A stretch of 64,000 nucleotides of DNA from Marinicella sp. (GTDB taxonomy: Bacteria > Pseudomonadota > Gammaproteobacteria > Xanthomonadales > Marinicellaceae), in the NCBI GenBank assembly GCA_965230295.1, contig OZ246001.1:1888001-1952000 (forward strand). The letters run 5' to 3'. The number at the start of each line of letters is the position of its first letter. The first letter of the stretch is position 1. This document shows, in pieces, positions 29,807 to 39,565 of this stretch. The notes under the pieces were generated by a model. It made no database searches, was not told the origin of the DNA, and was given only the letters and a program-made list of their open reading frames with translations. The position numbers were made by a program, and so were the translations under genes.

Positions 29807-30460
29807 TTAAGAAACTTCCTGTTCCAGTTGGTGTAAAAATTGTTGCATAAATTGGTGTCTTTGTAATGCTTCCTGTTGGGCAGCTTGGGTTTGGAACGAA
29901 TCTTTCAGTTTCAGCAGTTTGGTGTAAAAGTGGTCGATGATGGCCGCCTTGTCATCTGGGGTTCTATCATAACAAAAGGGGTCTTCATGAAATGTTAAGG
30001 GGTTGCCAAAGCTGGCACCAACCAACAGGGTTCTGGCAATACCAATGGCGCCCAAAGCATCCATGCGATCGGCGTCTTGCACCACTTGAGCTTCCAGTGT
30101 TTCACACGGTACGTTGGCACTGAAGCTGTGCGCCACGATGGCATGATGGATGTCAGCATGGTGAGACTCAGGGTATTGCCATTGTTGTAACAGTTGGACC
30201 GCATGATCAGCTGCCAGTTTTGATGCTTGTGCCCGCAGCGGAGAATCCTTGGCCACTTGCACACAATCATGTAGCCAGGCAGCAGGCAGTACCACCCACA
30301 TGTTGGCAGCTTCAGCATGACAAAACTGCTTGGCTGATTTAACCACCCGTTTGATGTGATTCAGGTCATGTCCTTGATCTGCGGCTTCTATCCCAGCCAC
30401 ATGTCGAGTAAAGATCGATTCCCAGTGATTGGTGTCATTTTTTGTCATCGGTGCGATCAC
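29807..30460 (-). CDS. HD-domain phosphohydrolase (YedJ-like)
   Basis: HDLNHIKRV, WLHDC, AHSFS, QDADRMDALGAIG and DHFYTKLL. Confidence 0.88.
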   Translation of the reverse strand: MIAPMTKNDTNHWESIFTRHVAGIEAADQGHDLNHIKRVVKSAKQFCHAEAANMWVVLPAAWLHDCVQVAKDSPLRAQASKLAADHAVQLLQQWQYPESHHADIHHAIVAHSFSANVPCETLEAQVVQDADRMDALGAIGIARTLLVGASFGNPLTFHEDPFCYDRTPDDKAAIIDHFYTKLLKLKDSFQTQAAQQEALQRHQFMQQFLHQLEQEVS

Positions 30461-30463
30461 GTG

Positions 30464-31363
30464 TCAGTTTCCAGAAAAAATTTCAAACAATGATTTTAAT
30501 AAAGCACGCAATTCTAAACTGAATAAAGTGAAACGGCTGTCAAGCAATTGCCATTCTGATTCGATCGATTCATCGTCCAGTTGATCCAGAACCACGTCAG
30601 TGAATTTCACCTTCTTGATGCCCATGTCATGGCCCAGCACCAGTTCGACCCGATCGTTGAATAACAAACCCAATTGGGTCACCAGGTAACCGTTGTCAAT
30701 GTGCTGTTTCATCTGGTCATCCAGATGAGCAATGTTGCGCCCCCTGACCACGCCTTTGCTGTCGTCCAGAGTTTCCAAAACGATTTCATTGTCTAATTGG
30801 AAGCCGCCATCACCTGTGGCGTGCAATACCCATTGTGTCAACACTTGAGCCATCGATGAAGAAGGCCCAAAAGCAGATGCTTTAAATGAACCCAGGGTTT
30901 GACGTAATTGAGAGACCAAATCTTCCGCTGCATTTTGGCTGGCACAATCAACCACCAATAAACCCAGTTTCAAATCGATGTAAGCACTGATGGCCTTGGG
31001 TTTGACAAAGGCCTGCGGTAGCATTTCCAGCATCAACTGTTGTTTCATGTCGGTTTGTTGTTTGCGTCCGGGCTTTTGTCCTGACTCTGCTTTGATGGAA
31101 TCGAGTTGTTGGCTTAATTGGTGGTTGACCACGGCTGCCGGCAATACTTTTTCTTCAATACCCAAAGTGAACAACATGGCATCGCCACTTTGTAAGACAA
31201 ACAACTCACTGTCAGAGCCAAAGGGAGAAACCCAGCCTTTAGAGACAGCTTCCATCGGTGCGCAAGCTTTCAGGGCGTCGCCTTTCAAGGCCTCTGAAAG
31301 TTGCTCCGCATTCATGCTGAAAGCTTCGTTGAGCTGGAACAAGCGGGCATTTTTAAACCACAT
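30464..31363 (-). CDS. rdgC: Recombination-associated protein RdgC
   Basis: MWFKN start, GWVSP, EEKVLPAAV, LPQAF and LRQTLGS. 299 aa. Confidence 0.93.
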   Translation of the reverse strand: MWFKNARLFQLNEAFSMNAEQLSEALKGDALKACAPMEAVSKGWVSPFGSDSELFVLQSGDAMLFTLGIEEKVLPAAVVNHQLSQQLDSIKAESGQKPGRKQQTDMKQQLMLEMLPQAFVKPKAISAYIDLKLGLLVVDCASQNAAEDLVSQLRQTLGSFKASAFGPSSSMAQVLTQWVLHATGDGGFQLDNEIVLETLDDSKGVVRGRNIAHLDDQMKQHIDNGYLVTQLGLLFNDRVELVLGHDMGIKKVKFTDVVLDQLDDESIESEWQLLDSRFTLFSLELRALLKSLFEIFSGN

Positions 31364-31592
31364 AAATCATCCTGAAATAAAAATCCATATTTTAATAAAT
31401 TCTGCAGATAATAACTGAATTAATATGGGATATTTAATGACTGTATTCAGCCTGCTTGATGTGGCTGGATCAGATCGGTTGCTGTGGGTAAATTATTATT
31501 TTTTTACTGCAGAAAAAATTGAATTGTGGTATTTTTATCTTTGTATATAGATTAAAGCACAAATTAGTAACACAGTTTATTAGGTGGTAGGC

Positions 31593-31775
31593 ATGTTTGG
31601 TTTTTTTAAGAAAAAGAAAAAAGAAATTAAAAGGGTGGATAAGCGGAAAAAACAACGCAGAAGCAATGACAGCCCGAGGCGCAGTGTGGTTCGCTGGGAG
31701 CCTGATAAAGATGATCGCAGAAGCGGAGAGGACAGAAGAAAAGAAAACAATACATGGGATGGAACCAAGAAGTAA
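31593..31775 (+). CDS. Small basic protein with [DE]RR-type repeats
   Basis: AGGTGG RBS-like sequence before the ATG. Sequence MFGFFKKKKKEIKRVDKRKKQRRSNDSPRRSVVRWEPDKDDRRSGEDRRKENNTWDGTKK. Confidence 0.6.
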   Translation: MFGFFKKKKKEIKRVDKRKKQRRSNDSPRRSVVRWEPDKDDRRSGEDRRKENNTWDGTKK

Positions 31776-31913
31776 AAAACACTTTGTAAGGACAGATCAG
31801 CCCAAAACCACCTGAATTTGCTGAAATTTCTCTGCCGATATGCTATTTTTATGATGTGTGGGAAGACTAAGACATGACATCAAGTCATATATAATGAAGA
31901 CAAAGGGCTAAAT

Positions 31914-32093
31914 ATGTTTGAGAACAGTACAGTCTATGGTTCTGATACCGGCAGAAAAGTCAGGTATGAACCCATTGAAAGACGACGCAACAACCGCCGC
32001 AATGCAGTGGCTGACCGACGTTCAGAAAATCGGGCAGAAGATGACAACAAATCTGATCGCCGTCAACAAGCTGATCGCCGAAAAAAGAAGTAA
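31914..32093 (+). CDS. Small 59-aa [DE]RR-repeat protein (absent from the ORF track)
   Basis: AAGGG upstream, ATG at 31914, TAA at 32091. Translates to MFENSTVYGSDTGRKVRYEPIERRRNNRRNAVADRRSENRAEDDNKSDRRQQADRRKKK. Confidence 0.6.
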   Translation: MFENSTVYGSDTGRKVRYEPIERRRNNRRNAVADRRSENRAEDDNKSDRRQQADRRKKK

Positions 32094-32100
32094 TTATCTG

Positions 32101-33216
32101 TTATAAAACAGTGGTTTGAATTTTTTCTGGGTTGAGTGCTGACAGGTACTCATCCAAGGTGATGATATCGACACAGGGTTGTACACCGCAGCCGATCTTT
32201 TGCGACAAAATTTTTTCTGAGATGATCACGGCTGGAATGGCAGGGATTTGAGGCCCGTGATTGTCAAATGCTTCAATATACCAAGTTTTGTTGGCCTGTC
32301 TCCGGGCAGAAGTCGAACCAGTTATTGTTACATGCATACCGCCGTCTGTACTTCCTAATGGATCGAACCATCGACTGATTTTCAGTAATACAGCAGCATG
32401 ATTGGCTAATTTGACAGGCAACCCCAACCTGACCAACCAAGAAGCCAACCAGATCGATACATGCAGTAATTTGCTTTCCATTCCAGCTGAAAAGGTCAAT
32501 GTCTTGATGTCATAAAAATCAGAGAACAGGTCTAAGTCAGGTGCTTCACAGTTGCCCATCATCCTTGATTTAATATTGGGGTATTTTTGTAAATAGGTGT
32601 TTTGCCAGCCAAAGCGTTTGCTGCGGCTCCCTGACCACGGCTGCAATGCTTTGCCGACATAAGACAACACCGCTTGGGTGGTGGCCAACCCGCGATCGGT
32701 TCTCTGGCCTGGCGAAATGCCAATGTTGACTTGCTCAAAGCCATCGATATCAAATTGACCCTTTAAATGAGTCAGTACAGCTGAGGACAAAGCAGGGACT
32801 GTGCTGGCAGCTGTGATGGCGGTGACGTTATGGTGTTCGGCCAATTGACCCAATTTGAGCATCTGTTGTACATAATCTCGACCATCTGCCAAATCAATGT
32901 AATGGCAGCCTGCGCTGATGATGATTTTGGCGATGTTGGTATCTTGCCCCTGGAAAGGGCCGCAGGTGTGGATCACAATTTTGGGTGCAAGTTGCTTGAG
33001 TTGAGCTTTCAGTTCTGATTTAACATCAAAACAAGCCACCGAAACTTGCGCGTTGGTTTGTTGGCTTAGGATGGTGTTTTTTAGAGCGTTTGCTTTGTTT
33101 AAGTTCCGGCCGTTGATGATGACATGGATGTTTTTGGCACACAGGCGCTCAGCCATCCGACTGCCAAATGTGCCGTAGCCACCTAAGATCAAAACCCGGT
33201 CAGTTAAGTCGCTCAT
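32101..33216 (-). CDS. Saccharopine dehydrogenase-like NAD(P)-binding oxidoreductase
   Basis: VLILGGYGTFG, HTCGPF, HYIDLAD, STVPALS and GPQIP. Start placed at MSDLTDRV. Confidence 0.88.
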   Translation of the reverse strand: MSDLTDRVLILGGYGTFGSRMAERLCAKNIHVIINGRNLNKANALKNTILSQQTNAQVSVACFDVKSELKAQLKQLAPKIVIHTCGPFQGQDTNIAKIIISAGCHYIDLADGRDYVQQMLKLGQLAEHHNVTAITAASTVPALSSAVLTHLKGQFDIDGFEQVNIGISPGQRTDRGLATTQAVLSYVGKALQPWSGSRSKRFGWQNTYLQKYPNIKSRMMGNCEAPDLDLFSDFYDIKTLTFSAGMESKLLHVSIWLASWLVRLGLPVKLANHAAVLLKISRWFDPLGSTDGGMHVTITGSTSARRQANKTWYIEAFDNHGPQIPAIPAVIISEKILSQKIGCGVQPCVDIITLDEYLSALNPEKIQTTVL

Positions 33217-33805
33217 GAAAAATGCCGGTTTGATAAAATGTTTGTTGTAACCATGAATGGTCCATCGAGATGGTGAACCGGAATTCCCCACCGCCTAAAT
33301 CCTGGTGGATCACATGGGTTTCGCCTGGGCTGAGCCAATGAGGTAAAGGTAAGTACCATTTGATGAATTTCCAAAAATAGCGGGTACTTTTAAAATGTAG
33401 TTCGCCGTTTTCTGCAAACACATCCAAAAACATACCAAAACCGCCGCCCACCATCTCCATCATCTGACCCTGATCGTCTTTTTTTACAGAGGTCACACTG
33501 AATGGTTTTTTTCCTGGAAAAAAATAGGTTCTGCGCCAATACACGCCGGGTTGGTTTTTACGTGTGGTGAGTTCCACTTTCATTTCAATATTTTTACCTT
33601 GGTATGGGCTTAAGGGGTTACCGATGACCTTGGTTAACAAAGCGAACAACCAGCCCGCTTTGGAACAGCGAACCACCTCCATGATGCCTTCATAAACAAT
33701 GGGCTGATCTTCAGTAGGCAAGCGATTAAAGCGCCGCTGAACATTCGGATGCAGTTGGTGCCAATGTGCACCTAATTGCCATTTGATGGTGTTGTGGTCT
33801 TGCAT
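33200..33805 (-). CDS. DUF4166-like protein
   Basis: WHQLHPNVQRRF and WRRTYFF. This family commonly lies next to or fused with saccharopine dehydrogenase-like proteins. Confidence 0.75.
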   Translation of the reverse strand: MQDHNTIKWQLGAHWHQLHPNVQRRFNRLPTEDQPIVYEGIMEVVRCSKAGWLFALLTKVIGNPLSPYQGKNIEMKVELTTRKNQPGVYWRRTYFFPGKKPFSVTSVKKDDQGQMMEMVGGGFGMFLDVFAENGELHFKSTRYFWKFIKWYLPLPHWLSPGETHVIHQDLGGGEFRFTISMDHSWLQQTFYQTGIFHERLN

Positions 33806-33871
33806 TATTGATGTCCTTTTCCCTGAGCTGACATTATACTATGGAAGCGCCATTAACCCCATCTTATTCGC

Positions 33872-34474
33872 ATGATTGAAGCCTACATCAACTTGATTTT
33901 GTTTGCCTTTTTGATGCTCGGTACACCAGGGCCTGCGACACTTGCGGTGGCAGCTATTGGTGCTGTTTTTGGGATCAGACAAGGCATGTTGTTTGTGGCT
34001 GGTTTGTTGTTGGGTTTTGCTTTTGTGCTGATCATTGAAAGCTGGGGTTTATCAAAGCTGTTTACACAATATCCTCAAGCCAAACAATACTTACAGTGGT
34101 TCGGTTTGGCCTATGTGATTTATTTGGCCTTTAAAATCAGTACTGCTGATTCCGGATTAAAACAGGGGAAAATGAGTCAAGCCCCTGGTTGGCTAGATGG
34201 ATTTATTTTGAATGTCACCAACCCCAAGGCTTATGTAGCGGTTTTGGTGATTTACACCCAGTTTTTATTGCCACATGACAACACCATCACAGCCTATATG
34301 ATCACTGGCGTGGTTTGTTTTGTGTTGGTGTTGTTGATTGATTCGGTTTGGTTGTTTTTGGGACAGTTGCTGCGGCCATTGTTCAATCGACCCAAAACCG
34401 CCAAAATCATTCGATGGGTGTTTGCTGTTTCAATGGTATTGGCAGTGGTGTTGATTGTGTTGTTCAGTGAATAG
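33872..34474 (+). CDS. LysE/RhtB family translocator
   Basis: TPGP and NPKA motifs, about 6 TM helices. Confidence 0.9.
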   Translation: MIEAYINLILFAFLMLGTPGPATLAVAAIGAVFGIRQGMLFVAGLLLGFAFVLIIESWGLSKLFTQYPQAKQYLQWFGLAYVIYLAFKISTADSGLKQGKMSQAPGWLDGFILNVTNPKAYVAVLVIYTQFLLPHDNTITAYMITGVVCFVLVLLIDSVWLFLGQLLRPLFNRPKTAKIIRWVFAVSMVLAVVLIVLFSE

Positions 34475-34524
34475 GGTAACGATCAGGTTTGACTGAGAAT
34501 CAGATTTAATGTGACAATGAACAC

Positions 34525-35211
34525 ATGTACAAGGAACTTAAGGTTGAAAAAATATCAGGGACCGTCCTGAAACTCAAAACCCGCATCAATGACCGTTTTC
34601 CGAACTCCGGAATTAAAGGCGTGTGTGAAGAGTTGCTACAGTGTGGCAAAGGGATTGAAGCCAAAATTGACTATATTTCAAAGCCCAACCGTTGGATTCA
34701 AGCAGCAGTTTTGTTGGTGGTGCTGACGTTTGTGGCCACTTTGGTCTACACAATCAGTGTCATTGAATGGGAGTTCAGTAAGCCATCATTGTCTGAGGTC
34801 ATTCAAATCACTGAAGCCCTGATCAACGACATTATTTTGGTGGGAGCTGCGTTGTTTTTTATCTTCACCATTGAAAATCGCATCAAACGAGACAAAGCCA
34901 TGAAAGAACTGCATAAATTGCGGTCATTGGCCCATATCATAGACATGCACCAATTGACCAAAGATCCGTCAATCGTACACTCAGACTATACCAAAACAAA
35001 GCATTCTCCAGACCGCACAATGAGTGCATTTGAATTACAAAGGTATTTGGATTACTGTGCAGAAATGTTTTCTTTGATTGGCAAACTGGCCGCTTTGTTT
35101 CCAGAGAAATTACCTGAACCTGCCATCATCTCTGCAGCCAACAACATCGAGTCACTGTGTACGGGCTTGAGTCAAAAAGTCTGGCAAAAAATGGATTTTT
35201 TGCGTCGATGA
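34525..35211 (+). CDS. Hypothetical two-TM membrane protein
   Basis: Two hydrophobic helices. LHKLRSLAHIIDMHQLTKDP and RYLDYC segments look conserved. Confidence 0.7.
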   Translation: MYKELKVEKISGTVLKLKTRINDRFPNSGIKGVCEELLQCGKGIEAKIDYISKPNRWIQAAVLLVVLTFVATLVYTISVIEWEFSKPSLSEVIQITEALINDIILVGAALFFIFTIENRIKRDKAMKELHKLRSLAHIIDMHQLTKDPSIVHSDYTKTKHSPDRTMSAFELQRYLDYCAEMFSLIGKLAALFPEKLPEPAIISAANNIESLCTGLSQKVWQKMDFLRR

Positions 35212-35244
35212 AAATATTTCTGAAAAAAATTGATAAAAATTTAT

Positions 35245-35269
35245 AACCAAACCCAATTCAGCTGCGTTT
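35245..35269 (+). promoter_or_regulatory. Putative ECF-type autoregulatory promoter
   Basis: AAC (35245), 17 bp, CGTTT (35265) just upstream of the sigma ATG. No Shine-Dalgarno sequence, so the mRNA may be nearly leaderless. Confidence 0.4.
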
Positions 35270-35277
35270 AAGCTGAC

Positions 35278-35829
35278 ATGATGAATGAAATCGATGACAA
35301 AACGGTTGCCAGAGCAACCCAAGGTGACAAAAATGCCTTTCGCCTGATTGTGCTGCATTATGCACAAGCGGTGAACCGCATGGCTTATCGATACACGGCA
35401 GATGCCAGTTATGCAGAGGACATTGCTCAGGAAACATTCATCAAGGCTTTTCAAGCCATCAGTAGGTACCAGGCACAGGCCAAGTTTTCCACTTGGTTGC
35501 TGCGCATCACCACCAACACATCGATTGACTATTTACGGAAAACGAACCGGCAAATGGCCCATTCATTGGATGACGAGGACAATCAATTGGACATACCTGA
35601 TGATGGCATGGAAGCGGTGGATCAACTCGATCTGAATCAACGGTTGATGCAGGCGATGTCAGATTTAAGTGATGTTGAAAGGCTGGCCATTACCATGAAA
35701 CATCACCAGGGCTATTCTATCGATGAGACTGCCAAGGTCCTGAAACTCAAAAACAACGCCTGCAAACAAACCATATTCAGAGCGGTGCAAAAGCTCCGCA
35801 AACAACTGACCTTAGAGGTGAGCGCATGA
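35278..35829 (+). CDS. ECF RNA polymerase sigma factor
   Basis: GDKNAF, AEDIAQETFIKAF, FSTWLLRI, region 4 GYSIDETA...FRAVQKLR. Confidence 0.93.
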   Translation: MMNEIDDKTVARATQGDKNAFRLIVLHYAQAVNRMAYRYTADASYAEDIAQETFIKAFQAISRYQAQAKFSTWLLRITTNTSIDYLRKTNRQMAHSLDDEDNQLDIPDDGMEAVDQLDLNQRLMQAMSDLSDVERLAITMKHHQGYSIDETAKVLKLKNNACKQTIFRAVQKLRKQLTLEVSA

Positions 35830-36569
35830 AACGCACAGATGATGAAAAATTATTGATGATTTATTTCAATGAAGCCGATCAAAAAACAGTCGATGACTGT
35901 CTCAAGTCGGCGGAAACATGTGAACAACTGAACCAACTGGAGGCAGACATGAATGCCATTAACAGCGCCCCTGAACAACATGAACTACCGGCTGATTATG
36001 GCCAACAGTTGTGGAACCAAATAGCCGATCAACTGGAATCTCCAGAGCCAAACACGGTAAGTCATACATCCTGGTGGCAGAAACTCATCAACAGTTTGAT
36101 GATGCCGCAATATTCTTTGGCCAGTTTCGCCCTGGTCATGGGTTTGGTTATGGTGGCTTTTTACGCCGGCCAGCGACAAACTGGAGTCACGATAGATAAC
36201 CAGCTGCAAGAACAGCTGCTGGCCCAAAACATTCAGTTACACCTGACTCAAAGTGAAATCTTTTTGACCCAGGTTAGTAACGGCAATGGCGCTTTTAATT
36301 CACAGGCCACAGCCCAACGCTTGCTGTCATCGAACCGAATTTTTAAACAAGCATTGGCCAATCACGACGGCCAATTCACCAGCCAGCTACTGCAGGATCT
36401 GGAACCGATTTTATTGGAACATGCCAATGGTGAACACACTGGCAGTCCAAACCAAACCCATGGCCAACAACCCCAACCCAACTGGGTCAATGATTCCAAG
36501 TCAAATGACCTGATGTTTCAAATCAAAACCATGAAGCAGCAGTTGGCGCAGAAAAACGACATTATTTAG
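35826..36569 (+). CDS. Putative single-pass anti-sigma factor
   Basis: ATGA overlap with the sigma stop. N-terminal Cys pair (CLKSAETC), central TM helix, periplasmic helical C-domain. Confidence 0.7.
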   Translation: MKRTDDEKLLMIYFNEADQKTVDDCLKSAETCEQLNQLEADMNAINSAPEQHELPADYGQQLWNQIADQLESPEPNTVSHTSWWQKLINSLMMPQYSLASFALVMGLVMVAFYAGQRQTGVTIDNQLQEQLLAQNIQLHLTQSEIFLTQVSNGNGAFNSQATAQRLLSSNRIFKQALANHDGQFTSQLLQDLEPILLEHANGEHTGSPNQTHGQQPQPNWVNDSKSNDLMFQIKTMKQQLAQKNDII

Positions 36570-36579
36570 GAGCACTCAA

Positions 36580-38130
36580 ATGCTGAATAAAATTAAAAAC
36601 ACATTATTGATAGGACTGATGGTATGCCAATTCAGTGCCTTTGCTGATGACAAAAGATCAGGCAACAACCGAGATCAGGATGCCAAAGAAGCTTATGATT
36701 TTGGTAAATCATCCATGCAAAGCAAGGACTGGCGTGATGCCATAGAAGCGTTTCGCAAAGCCGCCAGAAACAAACGCTTGAAAGCGGCATCTAATTATTG
36801 GGAAGCGTATTCATTGTATCAAATCAAGCAAAGGGCCCAGGCCAAGCGTTTGTTGGAAAGACTGATCAGAAATCATCCGGAAAGCGAATGGGTAGATGAT
36901 GCCCAAGTGTTGTTGTTTGAACATGGCGACGGCGGAGAAAATGCCAGCCACCAAGCAGCCTTGGATGAAGAACTGAAGTTGTTTACCCTCCAACAAATCA
37001 TGTTCAACAATCCAGAAAAGGCTTTGCCTAAAGTGTATGAAATGTTGGAGCAAAGCAATTCTGAACGTGTCAAAATGAACGCCATTCAATTGCTCGGCAT
37101 CAGTGACAGCGAAGCTGTGGTTGATTATCTGTTCCGATTCATCGAGCAGGAAGAAAATGAAGGCTTACAACACCAGGCCATTCAGATGTTGAGTTTGCGT
37201 GGTGGTCAAGCCAGCCGCCAAAAACTTAAGCAACTGTACAGCAACAGCCAAAGCCGAGATGTTAAGGCAGCCATCATTCAAGGGTTTATCCACCATGATG
37301 ACAGCAATGAACTGATCGCTCTGTTGAAGCAGGAAAAAGACCCTGATTTGAACATCAATATGATCCGCATGCTGGGAATCAAAGGTGAATCTGCGGCATT
37401 GAAAGACTTGTATAAAAACTCACAAGGCAAGGCCAAAAGAGCCATCTTAGAAGCACTGGCTTTATCTGGTGATGCCGAATATTTGTATTACGTCATCGAT
37501 AATGAAAGCAACCAAGACATCAGGAACCAGGCGATCCACTCATTGATCATGGTGGATGACGACAACATGGGTGATTATCTGGCCAGACTGTATGAGAAAG
37601 CCAGCGATTCATCAGAAAAAGACGCAATCGCCAGTGTTTTTATTGCCACCGATGTGGATGACGATGTGATTGTTAAAATTTATAAAAGTGAAAACGACCG
37701 GGAACGTAAACACAGCTTGTTGAACACACTGATGGCGATGGATTCAGTGGCTGGGTTACAAGAGTTATACGCGATTGAAACAGATCAAGACACCAAGTCT
37801 GACATCATCCGTCTATTCGGTGTGATGGATGCCACTGATGTGTTGATGGGCTTGTATGAGTCGGATCCGGATTTGGCCAACAACCGCACCTTCTTTGAAG
37901 CCTTTGGCATGTCTTCATCTGAATTGAATGTAGATTTCTTAAAGGATCGCTTCAAGGCCGGTGATGAGGATGTCAAAGCAGGTGTATTACAGGCCCTGAT
38001 GATGCAAGATAATTCCACAGCCATGGTTGAATTACTTAAATCAGAAAAAGACCATGAAGTGAAAAAAATGATCATAAAAATGATTGGTATCACCAATCCT
38101 GATGCGCTGATTGAAGCCATCGAAGACTGA
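36580..38130 (+). CDS. Exported TPR + HEAT-repeat protein
   Basis: Signal peptide (AFA-D). BamD-like TPR segment (YWEAYSLY...HPESEWVDDA), then HEAT-like repeats. Confidence 0.8.
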   Translation: MLNKIKNTLLIGLMVCQFSAFADDKRSGNNRDQDAKEAYDFGKSSMQSKDWRDAIEAFRKAARNKRLKAASNYWEAYSLYQIKQRAQAKRLLERLIRNHPESEWVDDAQVLLFEHGDGGENASHQAALDEELKLFTLQQIMFNNPEKALPKVYEMLEQSNSERVKMNAIQLLGISDSEAVVDYLFRFIEQEENEGLQHQAIQMLSLRGGQASRQKLKQLYSNSQSRDVKAAIIQGFIHHDDSNELIALLKQEKDPDLNINMIRMLGIKGESAALKDLYKNSQGKAKRAILEALALSGDAEYLYYVIDNESNQDIRNQAIHSLIMVDDDNMGDYLARLYEKASDSSEKDAIASVFIATDVDDDVIVKIYKSENDRERKHSLLNTLMAMDSVAGLQELYAIETDQDTKSDIIRLFGVMDATDVLMGLYESDPDLANNRTFFEAFGMSSSELNVDFLKDRFKAGDEDVKAGVLQALMMQDNSTAMVELLKSEKDHEVKKMIIKMIGITNPDALIEAIED

Positions 38131-38203
38131 CCACCCACTCAATTAATTAATAATCCATTTAACCAGCGCTGGGTCCTGTGACTCAGCGTAACAGGAGATT
38201 CTT

Positions 38204-39415
38204 ATGTCTAAAATAAAGCAAAAATTTACAACAATGATCAGGTCTACAGCCTTGATCTCTGTTGCTTGGAGTGCCACAGGTTTGGCACAGTTTCAACAAC
38301 TTGATGTCAATACAATTGATACCAGCTTAGACCAATACACCGATTCAATCAATCATGACGGTTGGTTTGCTTACAGCGTTCCGGCTGCCAAAGGCACTGC
38401 CTCCATGTGTTGTTATAACAAAGGCAAACAATCGGTTTGTGATTTGAACAAAACTCAACACGGCTATGGCTCATCGAATCACAGCCCAGATACCGATAAC
38501 ATCCATGTGTTTGTTCATGTAGATGATGGGCAGGTTGATCGCATGATGCCCGTGGGAGATCATTGTGAAGTCAAAGCAGAAGGGGTCACTGTCGATTGGT
38601 TAACCGGTGTCAGCAGTCGAGACAGCATCGAATGGCTGCAAGGTCAAATTGTTAACAACAACGAAGGTGACCACAATGGTGGCTTGTATGTGTTAAGTCT
38701 GCATGCAGGTAATCAAGCGGCAAAAGCCATTTATGATTTGGTCAAAGAGCAGGCCGGTGAATATTCGGAACAAGCGGTGTTTTGGCTTGGTCAAAGGCAG
38801 CAAGATGGTTTTGCTTACTTACAAGACTTATACCAGGAGCTACCAGTAGGTGATGTCAGGCGCAAACTCAATTTTGCCTTAAGCCAGAATCGCACCGCCG
38901 AGGCGGTGGCTTTGCTCAAGAAAATTGCCCAACATGATCAAGATGACGGACAACAAGCAGACGCCATTTTTTGGCTCAGTCAAACCGATGATGTGGCTGA
39001 CTTACCCAAGTTTTTGATTGATTTGATGAGTACGTCAAACAACGATGAAGTGAAAGACAAGGCCGTTTTCTCACTGTCGCAAATCGACAATGAAGAGGCC
39101 AATCAGGCAATGGCCAAATTGGTCAAAGACCACAAAGATGCTGAGGTTCGCGAAAAAGCCTTGTTTTGGTTGGCCCAGAACAGTCCGCAACAGGCACAAA
39201 AAGCAGCCATGGACTTATTACAATCAGGCCATGACGAAGGTGAACAAGAAAATGCTGTCTTTGTCTTGTCCCAGTTGCCCAGTGAACAGTCAGCAGCAGC
39301 TCTGTTGAAAATTGTCAAAGGCAACTATGCCCGTGGGGTTAAAAAGAAAGCCCTGTTCTGGTTGAGTCAGTCTGACGATGAACAAACCTTAAAACAATTG
39401 GAAGACCTGCTTTAA
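38204..39415 (+). CDS. Exported HEAT-repeat protein
   Basis: Signal peptide. Cys-containing N-domain. Seven AxFWLSQ-like repeats. Confidence 0.8.
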   Translation: MSKIKQKFTTMIRSTALISVAWSATGLAQFQQLDVNTIDTSLDQYTDSINHDGWFAYSVPAAKGTASMCCYNKGKQSVCDLNKTQHGYGSSNHSPDTDNIHVFVHVDDGQVDRMMPVGDHCEVKAEGVTVDWLTGVSSRDSIEWLQGQIVNNNEGDHNGGLYVLSLHAGNQAAKAIYDLVKEQAGEYSEQAVFWLGQRQQDGFAYLQDLYQELPVGDVRRKLNFALSQNRTAEAVALLKKIAQHDQDDGQQADAIFWLSQTDDVADLPKFLIDLMSTSNNDEVKDKAVFSLSQIDNEEANQAMAKLVKDHKDAEVREKALFWLAQNSPQQAQKAAMDLLQSGHDEGEQENAVFVLSQLPSEQSAAALLKIVKGNYARGVKKKALFWLSQSDDEQTLKQLEDLL

Positions 39416-39431
39416 TTGTTAGATTCATCAG

Positions 39432-39474
39432 TTGCAAAAGCCACAATATATTGCCAGCATTGTGGTTTTTGCAA
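39432..39474 (+). terminator. Long hairpin closing the ECF/HEAT operon
   Basis: TTGCAAAAGCCACAAT / ATTGTGGTTTTTGCAA, a 16-bp stem with one G-T pair. Confidence 0.55.
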
Positions 39475-39565
39475 TAAAAAGCACCAATAATATGTGAACT
39501 AATTCACGCTTTTTTGATGATTTCTGTGTTAGGGTAAAGGTGATTGAGACAATTTCAGATCTGTA

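Noticed and set aside
31810-31845. Sigma-28 promoter (GCCGATAT)
   Set aside because: No TAAA -35 element at the expected spacing.
31918-32106. 62-aa ORF-track protein MRTVQSMV
   Set aside because: The overlapping frame at 31914..32093 has an ATG, an RBS-like sequence and similarity to the neighbouring DRR protein, so it is preferred.
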